A DNA stretch of 64,000 nucleotides from Thermodesulfobacteriota bacterium (lineage in GTDB: Bacteria; Desulfobacterota_D; UBA1144; Nemesobacterales; Nemesobacteraceae). Every line of letters starts with the position of its first letter. Positions within the stretch are counted from its first letter, which is position 1. The stretch is from assembly GCA_965202785.1 (NCBI GenBank), contig OZ241855.1, forward strand, positions 736,001 to 800,000, given 5' to 3'. A model generated the notes under the pieces. That model saw only the letters and a program-made list of their open reading frames with translations, was not told the DNA's origin and ran no database searches. Position numbers and translations under genes: made by a program. This document shows, in pieces, positions 39,015 through 48,680 of this stretch.

Positions 39015-41870
39015 ATGATTTCTTACGTCCTGAAAAAAATAGTCGGCTCGCAGAACGAAAGGGAGGTAAAGAGGCTCGGCGTTTTTGCAGAGCGGATAAA
39101 TACCCTTGAAGAAACCCTGGTTAAGGTTCCCACGGCGGAGCTTCGCGCGAAAACCTCGCAGTTCCGGGAACTGATACATTCCCGCCTCGGTACAAACGGA
39201 AATCCGTCCGACGAGAAATATTTCGCTGAGATGGAGCGGGTTCTCGAGGAGATCCTGCCGGAGGCGTTCGCCGCCGTAAGGGAAGCGTCAAGAAGAACGA
39301 TAGCCATGAGGCATTTTGATGTCCAGATGATAGGGGGAATGGTTCTTCACAGAGGCAGAATAGCCGAGATGAGAACCGGGGAGGGAAAGACACTGGTCGC
39401 CGTCTTGCCCCTTTACTTAAACGCCCTCACCGGGCTCGGTTCCCACCTTATCACGGTAAACGATTACCTGGCTGCAAGGGATGCCACCTGGATGTCGCCG
39501 ATTTTTATGGTCCTAGACATGAAGGTGGGAGTTATAAATCACGACGCCTCCTACGTACTTGCCTGGGAGGACCCCAAGCGGGCCGAAGAGTCGGTAGAGA
39601 AAAACCTGACCGCGTGGCCAAACGAGTATCTGGCGAGCGATGTTCTTCCCGAAAAAAACCTCGACATCATAAATTCCTTCAAGACCTGCCTCGAGCCTTC
39701 ATCCAGGCAGGATTCCTACCAGGCGGATATTACCTACGGTACCAACAACGAGTTCGGTTTCGACTACTTGCGCGACAACATGAAGTTCTCTCTTGAGAGC
39801 TACGTTCAGCGCGGCCACAATTTCGCCATAGTGGACGAGGTCGACAGCATTCTCATAGACGAGGCTAGAACCCCGCTTATAATCTCAGGGCCTTCGGAGG
39901 ACTCGACCGATCTTTACTACAAGGTGGACAAGGTGGTGAAGACGCTCTCCGGGAAGACCGATTTCACGGTGGACGAGAAAACAAGGCAGGTGGATCTTAC
40001 CGAGGAGGGGGTTTCCAAGGTGGAGAGGGACCTCGACGTTGCGAACCTCTACGATCCCGTCAGCCTCAAGATTCTCCACCACGTTAACCAGTCGCTTCGT
40101 GCCAATGCCCTTTTCAACCTCGACGTCGACTACATGATGCAGGACGGGAAGGTGGTTATAGTCGACGAGTTCACGGGAAGGCTCATGCCGGGGCGCAGGT
40201 GGAGCGACGGGCTTCACCAGGCGGTTGAGGCCAAGGAAGGGGTGGAAATCGAAAGCGAGAACCAGACGATGGCCACCATAACCATCCAGAACTATTTCAG
40301 GATGTACAGAAAGCTTGCCGGTATGACGGGTACCGCCGACACAGAAGCGTTTGAGTTTAAGCACATATATGATCTTGACGTCACCGTGATACCGACCCAC
40401 AAGCCGCTTGTAAGGAAAGATTACGAAGATGTTGTCTACAGGACCGAGCGCGAGAAATTCAACGCCGCGTGTGCGGAGATAAAGGAAATGAATTCCGCCG
40501 GCCGGCCGGTGCTTGTCGGCACCTCGTCGATCGAGCAGTCGGAAAAACTGGGCGAGTACCTTGAGAAGATAGGTCTTGGACACAACGTGCTTAACGCCAA
40601 ACAGCACGGAAAGGAGGCCGAGATCGTCGCCCAGGCGGGCAGAATAGGGTCCATAACCATAGCGACCAACATGGCGGGTAGGGGAACGGACATACTGCTC
40701 GGCGGGAATCCCGAATTCCTTGCAAGGGATATTCTCAGGAAAGAGCTCAGGGTCCAGCCCGAGGAAGCAGATCCCAAGCAGTACGAGGAAGCGCTTTTCG
40801 AGGCGAAATCGATCTGCGATTCGGAAAAGGAGAAAGTTAAGGAACTCGGCGGACTTCATATCCTTTCGGTCGAAAGACACGAGGCTAGGAGGATAGATAA
40901 CCAGTTTAGGGGAAGAGCGGGAAGGCAGGGAGATGACGGATCTTCTAGGTTCTATGTTTCCCTTGAAGACGACCTGATGCGTATTTTCGCCTCGGAGAGG
41001 ATAACGGGAGTCATGGACAAGCTCGGATGGGAGGAAGGGGAGCCGATTGAGCACTCGATGATAAGCAAGTCGATTGAGAACGCCCAGAAAAAGGTCGAGG
41101 GAAGGAATTTCGACATCCGCAAGCATCTTTTGAGGTACGATGATGTTCTCAACACGCAAAGGGACGTTGTCTACAGCCAGCGCCGCGAGATACTTGAAGG
41201 CGGTGAGAGCCTCAGAGAGATAGTTTTTTCGTCTTCAGAAGACATCGTTCGGGAAGTTGTGAGCGACTACTTGGCAGGGCGGGACGACCGCCCGGAATCT
41301 GATTTCTCCGAGCTCTGCGAAGTTATCGGGAGAATTTTCGGAACGGAAATCGAGATAGAAGCCTCCGGCAAGGCGGACGGGGAAGTCATAACGGAAGAAG
41401 TCACCGGAAAACTGATTGCCGCATACCGGGAAAAAGCGGAGAAAATAGGCCCTGAGCACCTCTCGCAGGTCGAACGCTACGTCATGCTTCAGCACATCGA
41501 CTACCTCTGGAAGGATCATCTTCTTAACATGGATCACCTTAGGGAAGGGGTGGGACTCAGGGGATACGCACAGAAAGACCCCCTTCGGGAATACACCAAA
41601 GAGGGCTTTGACATGTTCACTCTCATGATGGACAAGTTCAGGATGGATGTCTGCTCGAATCTTTTCAGGATACAGCCCGCGAGTGAAGAACAGATCGAGG
41701 AACTTGAGAGAAAAAGAGAGCTTGAGGAAAAAAAGATGGTGCTCGGGCGGGGAGAAGGGTCGGAAGAAAAGGCCAAGACGCCGGTCAGGAGAACGCAGAA
41801 GAAAGTCGGTCGGAACAGCCCGTGCCCTTGCGGCAGCGGCAAGAAATACAAAAAGTGCTGCGGTCGGTAA
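39015..41870 (+). CDS. secA: Preprotein translocase ATPase SecA
   Basis: [47 protein letters not shown]-terminal SEC-C motif [13 protein letters not shown]. Confidence 0.98.
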   Translation: MISYVLKKIVGSQNEREVKRLGVFAERINTLEETLVKVPTAELRAKTSQFRELIHSRLGTNGNPSDEKYFAEMERVLEEILPEAFAAVREASRRTIAMRHFDVQMIGGMVLHRGRIAEMRTGEGKTLVAVLPLYLNALTGLGSHLITVNDYLAARDATWMSPIFMVLDMKVGVINHDASYVLAWEDPKRAEESVEKNLTAWPNEYLASDVLPEKNLDIINSFKTCLEPSSRQDSYQADITYGTNNEFGFDYLRDNMKFSLESYVQRGHNFAIVDEVDSILIDEARTPLIISGPSEDSTDLYYKVDKVVKTLSGKTDFTVDEKTRQVDLTEEGVSKVERDLDVANLYDPVSLKILHHVNQSLRANALFNLDVDYMMQDGKVVIVDEFTGRLMPGRRWSDGLHQAVEAKEGVEIESENQTMATITIQNYFRMYRKLAGMTGTADTEAFEFKHIYDLDVTVIPTHKPLVRKDYEDVVYRTEREKFNAACAEIKEMNSAGRPVLVGTSSIEQSEKLGEYLEKIGLGHNVLNAKQHGKEAEIVAQAGRIGSITIATNMAGRGTDILLGGNPEFLARDILRKELRVQPEEADPKQYEEALFEAKSICDSEKEKVKELGGLHILSVERHEARRIDNQFRGRAGRQGDDGSSRFYVSLEDDLMRIFASERITGVMDKLGWEEGEPIEHSMISKSIENAQKKVEGRNFDIRKHLLRYDDVLNTQRDVVYSQRREILEGGESLREIVFSSSEDIVREVVSDYLAGRDDRPESDFSELCEVIGRIFGTEIEIEASGKADGEVITEEVTGKLIAAYREKAEKIGPEHLSQVERYVMLQHIDYLWKDHLLNMDHLREGVGLRGYAQKDPLREYTKEGFDMFTLMMDKFRMDVCSNLFRIQPASEEQIEELERKRELEEKKMVLGRGEGSEEKAKTPVRRTQKKVGRNSPCPCGSGKKYKKCCGR

Positions 41871-41892
41871 TAATATTGGATAGGGTGTCTTA

Positions 41893-42159
41893 ATGGCTGG
41901 GAAAATCTATGTTCGCAGGGGAAGAGTTCCTTTTTTCTCTCTTCCTTTCATCGCACTTTTCGTGGTCGTGGCCGTCTGCCTTTTCGCATTTTTCGGCTTT
42001 CTGGCTCTGGTTGCATTAGGAGTGCTCGGAGCAGGGGCCTCGGTTTTGAGGAAGCTGTTTCCGGGCAAGGATAGAAAACCCGGTCCCCGCGCGGGCGAAC
42101 CCGGAGGGGATACTATTACCCTCGGAGAGGACGATTACGAAGTAAGAGATGTAGACTAG
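41893..42159 (+). CDS. Small hypothetical membrane protein
   Basis: Hydrophobic hairpin followed by an acidic tail (ITLGEDDYEV); follows secA. Confidence 0.6.
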   Translation: MAGKIYVRRGRVPFFSLPFIALFVVVAVCLFAFFGFLALVALGVLGAGASVLRKLFPGKDRKPGPRAGEPGGDTITLGEDDYEVRDVD

Positions 42160-42187
42160 CTTCCCCGGACGGCGCGTGGAACTCGCG

Positions 42188-42466
42188 TCAGAGTGCCTTT
42201 TCTATTTCCTCCGCCAGACTCAGGTCTTTTTCCGTGATTCCACCCTCGCTGTGGGTTGAAAGGGTGATGGAAACCTTGTTCCACCGTATGAGAATGTCGG
42301 GGTGGTGGTCTGCCCTTTCGGAAAGAAGGGCGACCTTGTTCACAAAACCCATGGAATCGACAAAATTTCTGAGAACGAAGGTTTTTTCTATCTCTTCTCC
42401 CTTCCTCTGCCACCCCTGAAGGCCGTCGAGTGCGGAAGAAATTTCTTTTTCGGTTAGAAGTGCCAT
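42188..42466 (-). CDS. phhB: Pterin-4-alpha-carbinolamine dehydratase
   Basis: ERADHHPDI..LSTHSEGGITEKD signature. Confidence 0.92.
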   Translation of the reverse strand: MALLTEKEISSALDGLQGWQRKGEEIEKTFVLRNFVDSMGFVNKVALLSERADHHPDILIRWNKVSITLSTHSEGGITEKDLSLAEEIEKAL

Positions 42467-42490
42467 ATATTTTTTCATTATATATTAACC

Positions 42491-43024
42491 GTGATGAGTA
42501 TTCCATTGAATGACTCTGAAGCTTCGCCAAGTGTTGTTTTCATAGGTATCGGCGGCAACATCGGCCCCGTCCGCGAGAATTTCGCCAAGGCCCTTAAAAG
42601 CATCGAAAAGCGCGCGCGCGTGGCGGCCGTATCCTCCCTTTACGAATCGGATCCCGTGGGACCGCAGGACCAGCCGAAGTTCACAAACGCTGTCGTTAAG
42701 GCGGAAACGGAACTCTCCCCTTTTGAGCTCCTTGATTACCTCAAGACAATCGAAAAGGAGATCGGGAGAAAAAAAACGAAGAGGTGGGGACCCAGGGTGA
42801 TAGATCTTGACATAATCTTCTACGGAGACCTCGTAATAAGCACGGATTCCTTGGTAATTCCTCACCCGAGGGCGCACGAAAGAAGATTTGTCCTGGAGCC
42901 CCTGCTCGAGATAGAACCGGACGCCTGGCATCCCGCAAAGAACATGGCGGTAAGGGATATATGTTCCGGGCTAGGGGATTCGCAAGGGATTTCGAAAACT
43001 GACGGCCCAGGGGTGCTTCGCTGA
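42491..43024 (+). CDS. folK: 6-hydroxymethyl-7,8-dihydropterin pyrophosphokinase
   Basis: IGIGGNIG, SSLYES, FTNAV, RWGPRVIDLDI, PHPRAHERRFVLEPL. Confidence 0.95.
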   Translation: MMSIPLNDSEASPSVVFIGIGGNIGPVRENFAKALKSIEKRARVAAVSSLYESDPVGPQDQPKFTNAVVKAETELSPFELLDYLKTIEKEIGRKKTKRWGPRVIDLDIIFYGDLVISTDSLVIPHPRAHERRFVLEPLLEIEPDAWHPAKNMAVRDICSGLGDSQGISKTDGPGVLR

Positions 43025-43036
43025 CCCGGTTTGGGG

Positions 43037-43894
43037 CTACTTGTTCTGCGCAAATATCTCCGCCGCCTCAAGCGTGTTCCAAAGAAGCATGGTTACGGTC
43101 ATCGGACCCACCCCGCCGGGAACGGGGGTTATGTAGGAGGCCTTTTCCTTTACGTCCTCAAAGTCAACGTCGCCAACGATCTTTCCTCTCTCGTTCCTGT
43201 TGATTCCGACATCGACTACTACAGCTCCGTCTTTTATCATCTCTTTCTTTATGAACTGCGGGTCGCCTATCGCGACTATCAGTATGTCAGCCATGGTGGT
43301 TATGGACGGCAGGTTTTGAGTTTCGATATGGGCTATGGTGACGGTGGCGTCCCTGTTGAGCATCAAGGCCGCCGCGGGTTTTCCAACTATGTTGCTTTTT
43401 CCCACGACCACTACGTGCTTGCCTAATACCTTTATGTCGTAGTAATCGAGAAGTTTTTCTATTCCGTACGGAGTACAGGAGATGGCGCTAGGGTTTTCTT
43501 GGAACAGCTTTCCGGTGTTCTCGGGGTGAAATCCGTCGGCATCTTTGTCCGGGGATATCTTTCTTATCACTCTTGCTGGATTCATATGGGAAGGAAGGGG
43601 AAGCTGTACCAGTATGCCGTGAATCTTTTCATCCAGGTTGAGGCGCTCGATCAGAGAAAGAAGCTCCTCTTCTGAGGTTTCCTCAGGAAGATTGTGTTCT
43701 TCTGAAAGCATTCCGCATCTTCCGCATGCCCTTCTCTTGTTCCTCACGTATATTTCGGACGCGGGATCGGTGCCGACCAGGATGGAAGCAAGACCGGGCA
43801 CTACGCCCGTGCGGTCTTTAAGTTCCTTGGTCTTTCGGATGATCCATTCTTTAATGTCTTGAGAGACCTTTTTGCCATCCATGATTTTAGACAT
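43037..43894 (-). CDS. folD: Methylenetetrahydrofolate dehydrogenase/cyclohydrolase
   Basis: YVRNK, GILVQLPLP, KDADGFHP, CTPYG, DVGIN, TPVPGGVGPMT. Confidence 0.97.
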   Translation of the reverse strand: MSKIMDGKKVSQDIKEWIIRKTKELKDRTGVVPGLASILVGTDPASEIYVRNKRRACGRCGMLSEEHNLPEETSEEELLSLIERLNLDEKIHGILVQLPLPSHMNPARVIRKISPDKDADGFHPENTGKLFQENPSAISCTPYGIEKLLDYYDIKVLGKHVVVVGKSNIVGKPAAALMLNRDATVTIAHIETQNLPSITTMADILIVAIGDPQFIKKEMIKDGAVVVDVGINRNERGKIVGDVDFEDVKEKASYITPVPGGVGPMTVTMLLWNTLEAAEIFAQNK

Positions 43895-44099
43895 GTTCAG
43901 TTCCCTTTTTTTCGAAAGATGGCCGGTTGGAAAATTATTAGTATAATCGACTCCGGCGGGTTAATCCACATTGGACCAGATTTATCTGGATAGTTTCGAC
44001 AAGGTTGGTCAACTATGCACTTAGGCAGCAATAGAAATTTTGGAGTTTCAGACCTTTTAGGCGACCGGCCCGATCAGAGCCGAACCTTGGGAAGCGTTA

Positions 44100-44834
44100 T
44101 CAATAACCCAGAACGCTGTAGTCGCCGTTCACGATCAGACGAATGGAGACGTAGAGTCCCAGTAGCGCGAAAAGCACCCATGGAGAATTCATCCCCCAGA
44201 TGTAGATGTACATATCCCCTCGGCTGATCTGGGTTTGCCGGTTGGCCGAGAAGAAACTGACCCAGTAGACTGAGGTTATGTATGTCAACTGCCAGAACAG
44301 CATCACTCCGACGATGCCCGCGACGGGGGCGGACAAAATATCGAAGGTGAAGGCGGCGTAGAGAATTAACGTCGGGATCGGGCTCACAAAGCCGTTGGCA
44401 ATATCCACAATGTATCCGTATGTGCGCCGGTCTGCGTAGGAACCGTCGAATTGGGAATACGTCGCCCAGACATCTGCCCATACCGTCGGCGACAACACCC
44501 TCGTCAACGGAATCTTTGTAATAAGAAATTCGGTGGATGGTTTTCGGCCCGTTTCCCGCCAGCGCTTGCGCCAATATCCGGTACGCTGCTCAATATAGTC
44601 GCGTCTGAGGAACAGGCATATCTCCCAATAGCAGATCACCAGATTAATCGAAAGAAACAGAATCAACAGGGCATGAATAACGTTGAAATCCCCGCGGGTC
44701 CAGTAACGCGCGCCAATGCCCGCCAATGTCAGAATCGCAATAACCAGCACCGTGAACAGCATCGCCGAAATTGCCAGCCGGGTCTGGCGTTCCCTAGGTT
44801 CGGAATGTGCTCGGTCGGTTCGGTTTTCGGGCAT
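44100..44834 (-). CDS. EXPERA/emopamil-binding-protein-like membrane protein
   Basis: Multi-TM; WATYSQFDGSY and YIWGMNSPW resemble the EBP motifs WKEYAKGDSRY and YFVFMNALW (recalled). ATG at 44834 with AAGGA upstream. Confidence 0.6.
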   Translation of the reverse strand: MPENRTDRAHSEPRERQTRLAISAMLFTVLVIAILTLAGIGARYWTRGDFNVIHALLILFLSINLVICYWEICLFLRRDYIEQRTGYWRKRWRETGRKPSTEFLITKIPLTRVLSPTVWADVWATYSQFDGSYADRRTYGYIVDIANGFVSPIPTLILYAAFTFDILSAPVAGIVGVMLFWQLTYITSVYWVSFFSANRQTQISRGDMYIYIWGMNSPWVLFALLGLYVSIRLIVNGDYSVLGY

Positions 44835-44943
44835 GTGTTCTGATCCTTGCAAAAAGTCCGGCGTTACGGCTCGCTGCATTGCACCCTTCGGAGTGTTCCA
44901 CGTCCCGGGCAAACGTGCCGTGCTCCAGACAGACACTTTCGAT

Positions 44944-45969
44944 AGGGAAATTATATACAATAGTCAAGAAAAAACCTGACTTCCCTGCCGAAATCCTTCG
45001 TCCTATACTCTTTTGCGGTGCGAAAGCTGTAACGGTGCGCAACAGGCGAAATCGGTTAGCCTTGTGGTTCAGGTTTTTCCGAGGTGATTAAGGGGTCCGT
45101 GTCCCTTTCCTATCTCCAGAGAATTTCTTATCGCCTCCGTGACAAAGGCTTTCGAATTCTCAAGGGAAGTTGAAAGAGGCATTCCCTTTGCCAAAAAAGC
45201 GCACACGGCCGCCGAAAATGTGCAGCCCGTTCCGTGGGTGTTCTTCGTTTCGATTCTCTCGCTAACCAGTTCTTCAAATATCTCCCCGTCGAAAAAAATA
45301 TCTACCGCCGGGTGTTCTTTCGCAAGATGTCCCCCTTTTACAAGAACCGCCTTCGCTCCAAACGAGAGGATCTTCTCGGCTGCGGTCTTCATATCGCTTA
45401 TGCCGCTTATGCTGACAGAACTCAGTATTTCTGCCTCGGGTATGTTCGGAGTTACTATGAGTGCCCTGGGGAGAATCTCTTTTTTTAGAAGTTCCGTCGA
45501 GTTTTTTAAAAGGGCGGTTCCACCTTTTGAGCTCATCACAGGGTCGACAACGAGCTTCTCAATTGCATACAGGTCTATTTTTTCCGCCACGGCCTCAATG
45601 ATTTTTTCGTTGGAAAGCATCCCGAGCTTAGCGGCGTCGCAGCCTATATCGCTCATCACGGCGTCAAACTGCAGCCCCACGAACTGCTCGGGAAGGTCGT
45701 GGATTGCGCTTACCTCCAGCGTATTCTGGGCGGTAACGGAGGTGAGCACCGAAAGTCCGTACACTCCCAGGGCAGTGAAAGTCTTAAGGTCAGCCTGGAT
45801 TCCTGCCCCTCCTCCTGAATCGGACCCGGCAACGGTAAGCGCTCTTGGGATTTTTTCCGCCACGTAAGGATTCTACAAATTCACCTGTTTTTTACAAACC
45901 CGGACAAGGGCTTACGCCGCGGGTCTTTACTGGAATTGAAAACTGTTTTCAGTTGTATATAATTTCCCT
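44944..45969. repeat. Perfect 17-bp inverted repeat pair enclosing thiD
   Basis: AGGGAAATTATATACAA (44944-44960) and TTGTATATAATTTCCCT (45953-45969). Confidence 0.85.
45069..45863 (-). CDS. thiD: Hydroxymethylpyrimidine/phosphomethylpyrimidine kinase
   Basis: [44 protein letters not shown]. Confidence 0.96.
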   Translation of the reverse strand: MAEKIPRALTVAGSDSGGGAGIQADLKTFTALGVYGLSVLTSVTAQNTLEVSAIHDLPEQFVGLQFDAVMSDIGCDAAKLGMLSNEKIIEAVAEKIDLYAIEKLVVDPVMSSKGGTALLKNSTELLKKEILPRALIVTPNIPEAEILSSVSISGISDMKTAAEKILSFGAKAVLVKGGHLAKEHPAVDIFFDGEIFEELVSERIETKNTHGTGCTFSAAVCAFLAKGMPLSTSLENSKAFVTEAIRNSLEIGKGHGPLNHLGKT

Positions 45970-46002
45970 TCACGTTAAGCGATCGTTTAAGGAGAGAGTG
46001 TC

Positions 46003-46410
46003 ATGAGCGAAGATATTTTCAGACAGGATTTGTTTTCAACCGACGATGAGGGCAGAGTGAGACTGATTGCGGGTTACTGCAAGGAATCCGACAACTGGAC
46101 CTTTCCAAGGTATCTTGCGGATCCAGTGAGTTTTACAGACGATGTGGAAGAGAAGTTTCTAAGCCCCACAGGCATTCTGCATTCCTTCACGGTTGTGAGA
46201 AGAAGCATGCCGGAATTTAAGGTGCCCTACGTTCTCGCTCTTGTTGATTTTCCGGAGGGGGTAAGGGTCATGGCGCAGGTTGAAACGGAAGATCCCGATT
46301 CTCTTGAGTTCGGCGAGGAGATGGCCGTGACGATCGGTGTGATAAAAACGGCGCCCGACGGAACGGATGTAAGCTCCTACAAGTTTATTCCCGTAAGAGA
46401 GTGCTCCTGA
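46003..46410 (+). CDS. DUF35 OB-fold (ChsH2-like) protein
   Basis: Degenerate Zn-ribbon (AGYCKES..FPR) then GILHSFTVV..PYVLALVDFPEGVRVMAQ. Confidence 0.85.
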   Translation: MSEDIFRQDLFSTDDEGRVRLIAGYCKESDNWTFPRYLADPVSFTDDVEEKFLSPTGILHSFTVVRRSMPEFKVPYVLALVDFPEGVRVMAQVETEDPDSLEFGEEMAVTIGVIKTAPDGTDVSSYKFIPVRECS

Positions 46411-46542
46411 TCAGTAGCATTTTCCGTGCTACAAAACTTTTTACTTTCTGCAACACTCTGCTTGTTTATTAATTTTAGCCGTACACGCAGATTCTAGGTT
46501 TTTTTGGAGGGTTAGGGGTGTGGAGGGATCCTTAAAAATTTC

Positions 46543-46572
46543 TTGCGTAGTGTACTGTAATACCGTACAGTA
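46543..46572 (+). promoter_or_regulatory. higBA promoter with palindromic operator
   Basis: TTGCGT-N17-TACAGT overlapped by TACTGTA-N6-TACAGTA (46553-46572). Confidence 0.6.
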
Positions 46573-46579
46573 GATAAAG

Positions 46580-46871
46580 ATGGTCATTCGTTCTGTCCGC
46601 CACAGAGGATTGCGTCGGTTGATTGAGGATGACAATTCCCGGTTCTTGGGGCGTGACTTGGTGGACCGTGTACGCAAGATACTAACGGCACTTACTTCTT
46701 GCTGAGAACATGGATAGTTTTATCACAGATGCACCACCTAGATGGCGTGTTCATAGGCTTTTAGGCGATAGGCGAGACGAATGGAGCGTTTCGGTATCCG
46801 GTAATTGGAGGATCACTTTTAAAGAAGATGAAGGCGACATTTACCGCTTGAACTTGGAGGATTATCACTAA
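46580..46871 (+). pseudogene. higB: HigB (RelE-family) toxin with a +1 frameshift
   Basis: MVIRSVRHRGLRRLIEDD..KILTAL, then a shift near 46695 (stop TGA 46703-46705); continues in another frame as ..WRVHRLLGDRRDEWSVSVSGNWRITF..LEDYH*. Span is 292 nt = 97 codons + 1. Confidence 0.88.
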
Positions 46872-47176
46872 TGACTGCTAAAAGCATTGAAGTGAATATG
46901 ACCCCTTCGCATCCAGGTGACTTCATCCGCACGGAGGTTGTTGAGGAGTTGAGCCTGACCGTGACTAAAGCAGCTGAGATTCTAGGGGTTCGCCGTGCAA
47001 CGCTTTCCGATCTGCTGAACGGCAAAACCGCACTGTCGCCGGAAATGGCCCTTCGCATTGAAAAAGCTTTCGGGGTGGGCATGGAAATGCTGTTACGGAT
47101 GCAAGCATGGTACGATGCTTCACAAATGCGAGCCCGCGCAAGCGATATCAGTGTGCAGCGCTACGAACCCTCCTAA
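46871..47176 (+). CDS. higA: HigA antitoxin
   Basis: PSHPGDFIR, LGVRRATLSDLLNG, SPEMALRIEKAFG, LRMQAWYD; TAATG overlap with higB. Confidence 0.93.
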   Translation: MTAKSIEVNMTPSHPGDFIRTEVVEELSLTVTKAAEILGVRRATLSDLLNGKTALSPEMALRIEKAFGVGMEMLLRMQAWYDASQMRARASDISVQRYEPS

Positions 47177-47212
47177 TGAGCACAGCTTTTCCACTGGGGA
47201 TTCATTGGTTTT

Positions 47213-48574
47213 TCAGGAAAATTTGGCGATCGTTTCTTTAAGCGTTCTCTCCACGATTTCCCTTATTTCCGCAAGCCTAGATTCGGTCTGAGCTTCGAAC
47301 CGGAGCACAAGGGCAGGCTGGGTGTTGGATGCGCGGAGAAGTCCCCATCCGTCCGGGTACTCAACCCTGACTCCATCTATGTCAACCACTTCGTTTTGCT
47401 CCCCGAGCTTTTTCTTTACCGCTTCCGTTACCTGAAACTTGATCTCATCGGGACAATCAATTCTTATCTCCGGGGTTGCGAAGGTCTTAGGTAACCCTGT
47501 AAGCAGTTCCGAAGCCTTCTTTCCCGTTTTTGAGAGGATTTCAAGAAACCGAAGTCCTGCGTAAAGAGCATCATCGTATCCGAAAAACCTGTTTTTAAAG
47601 AAAATGTGGCCGCTCATCTCCCCTCCGAGTTCCGCACCCTCCTTTTTCATCTTGTCCTTGATTACCGAGTGGCCGGTTTTCCACATGATGGGATTCCCGC
47701 CGGCTTCCCGTATCTTGGAGAAAAGATTTCCCGAACACTTAACGTCCCCTATTATGGTTGCTCCCGGGTTCGTTTCGAGAAGATCGAGCGAATAGACAAG
47801 GAGAAGCATATCTCCGCTCATTGAGTTTCCCTGCTCATCGACAATTCCTATCCTGTCCGCGTCCCCGTCAAATGCCAAACCCACGTCAAGGCCGGCCTCC
47901 AAGATCTTTTTCTTTATGTCAGAGAGGTTCTCCTCGACCGTGGGATCCGGGTGGTGGTTCGGAAAATCCCCATCAGGATCCATGTAAAGCTCATGAACTT
48001 CGCAGCCGAATCTCCTGAGTATCTGCGGGCAGGCCACTCCGGCGGTTCCGTTGCCGCCGTCAGCTGCGACTTTTATTCCCGGTTCTATATGAAGATTCTG
48101 CTCTAAAAACCCGAGGTAGCGCTCAACTATGTCCGACTGTCTCTTTCTCCCCGTTCCCGTTTTGAACTTGCCCTCTTCGACCGATTCTCTTATTTTCTGT
48201 ATGCCTTCGCCGAAAAGGGAATTCTGACCGACGCACATTTTAAGCCCGTTGTACTCGGAGGGATTGTGACTGGCAGTTACCATCACCCCGCCGTCAACGC
48301 CCGATGTGAAGGTGGAGAAATAAACCATCGGGGTCGTTACCATCCCTATGTCGACCACACTAACGCCGGTTGAGGTTATTCCTTCGCAGAGTGCGTCCCG
48401 GAATGCCGGGGAGGATTTCCTGCAGTCGTATCCAACGGAAACCTCTGTCCCCCCGTCCTCGGCCACCATGGTTCCATAGGCTTTTCCGATTCTCTCGACG
48501 ACCTCTTCTGTGATGCTCTCTCCCGCTATGCCCCTTATGTCGTATTCTCTGAATATAGCTTTGTCGGCAACCAA
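47213..48574 (-). CDS. algC: Phosphomannomutase/phosphoglucomutase
   Basis: FREYDIRG, TASHNP, FPNHHPDP, DGDADR, GEMSGH, RASNTQP. Confidence 0.93.
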   Translation of the reverse strand: MVADKAIFREYDIRGIAGESITEEVVERIGKAYGTMVAEDGGTEVSVGYDCRKSSPAFRDALCEGITSTGVSVVDIGMVTTPMVYFSTFTSGVDGGVMVTASHNPSEYNGLKMCVGQNSLFGEGIQKIRESVEEGKFKTGTGRKRQSDIVERYLGFLEQNLHIEPGIKVAADGGNGTAGVACPQILRRFGCEVHELYMDPDGDFPNHHPDPTVEENLSDIKKKILEAGLDVGLAFDGDADRIGIVDEQGNSMSGDMLLLVYSLDLLETNPGATIIGDVKCSGNLFSKIREAGGNPIMWKTGHSVIKDKMKKEGAELGGEMSGHIFFKNRFFGYDDALYAGLRFLEILSKTGKKASELLTGLPKTFATPEIRIDCPDEIKFQVTEAVKKKLGEQNEVVDIDGVRVEYPDGWGLLRASNTQPALVLRFEAQTESRLAEIREIVERTLKETIAKFS

Positions 48575-48680
48575 CCTTAACGTACCCCTTTATTTTTAAG
48601 CCCTTAATTATAATATCCACGGGGATTTATAAAAGGCGTTTTTCTTGACTTTAGTTTTTCGAGTCTTATCATTTCCTTCC

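Noticed and set aside
43895-44099. ZTP (pfl) riboswitch upstream of folD, or a TIR partner for the EXPERA-like gene
   Set aside because: Only short partial matches (GCCGGTCGCC on the minus strand, GTCAAC on the plus strand); the rest of each motif is missing.
45864-46002. TPP riboswitch upstream of thiD; KstR operator upstream of the DUF35 gene
   Set aside because: No TPP core motifs. The palindrome has a 1-nt centre rather than the AAC-NN-GTT spacing of KstR sites.
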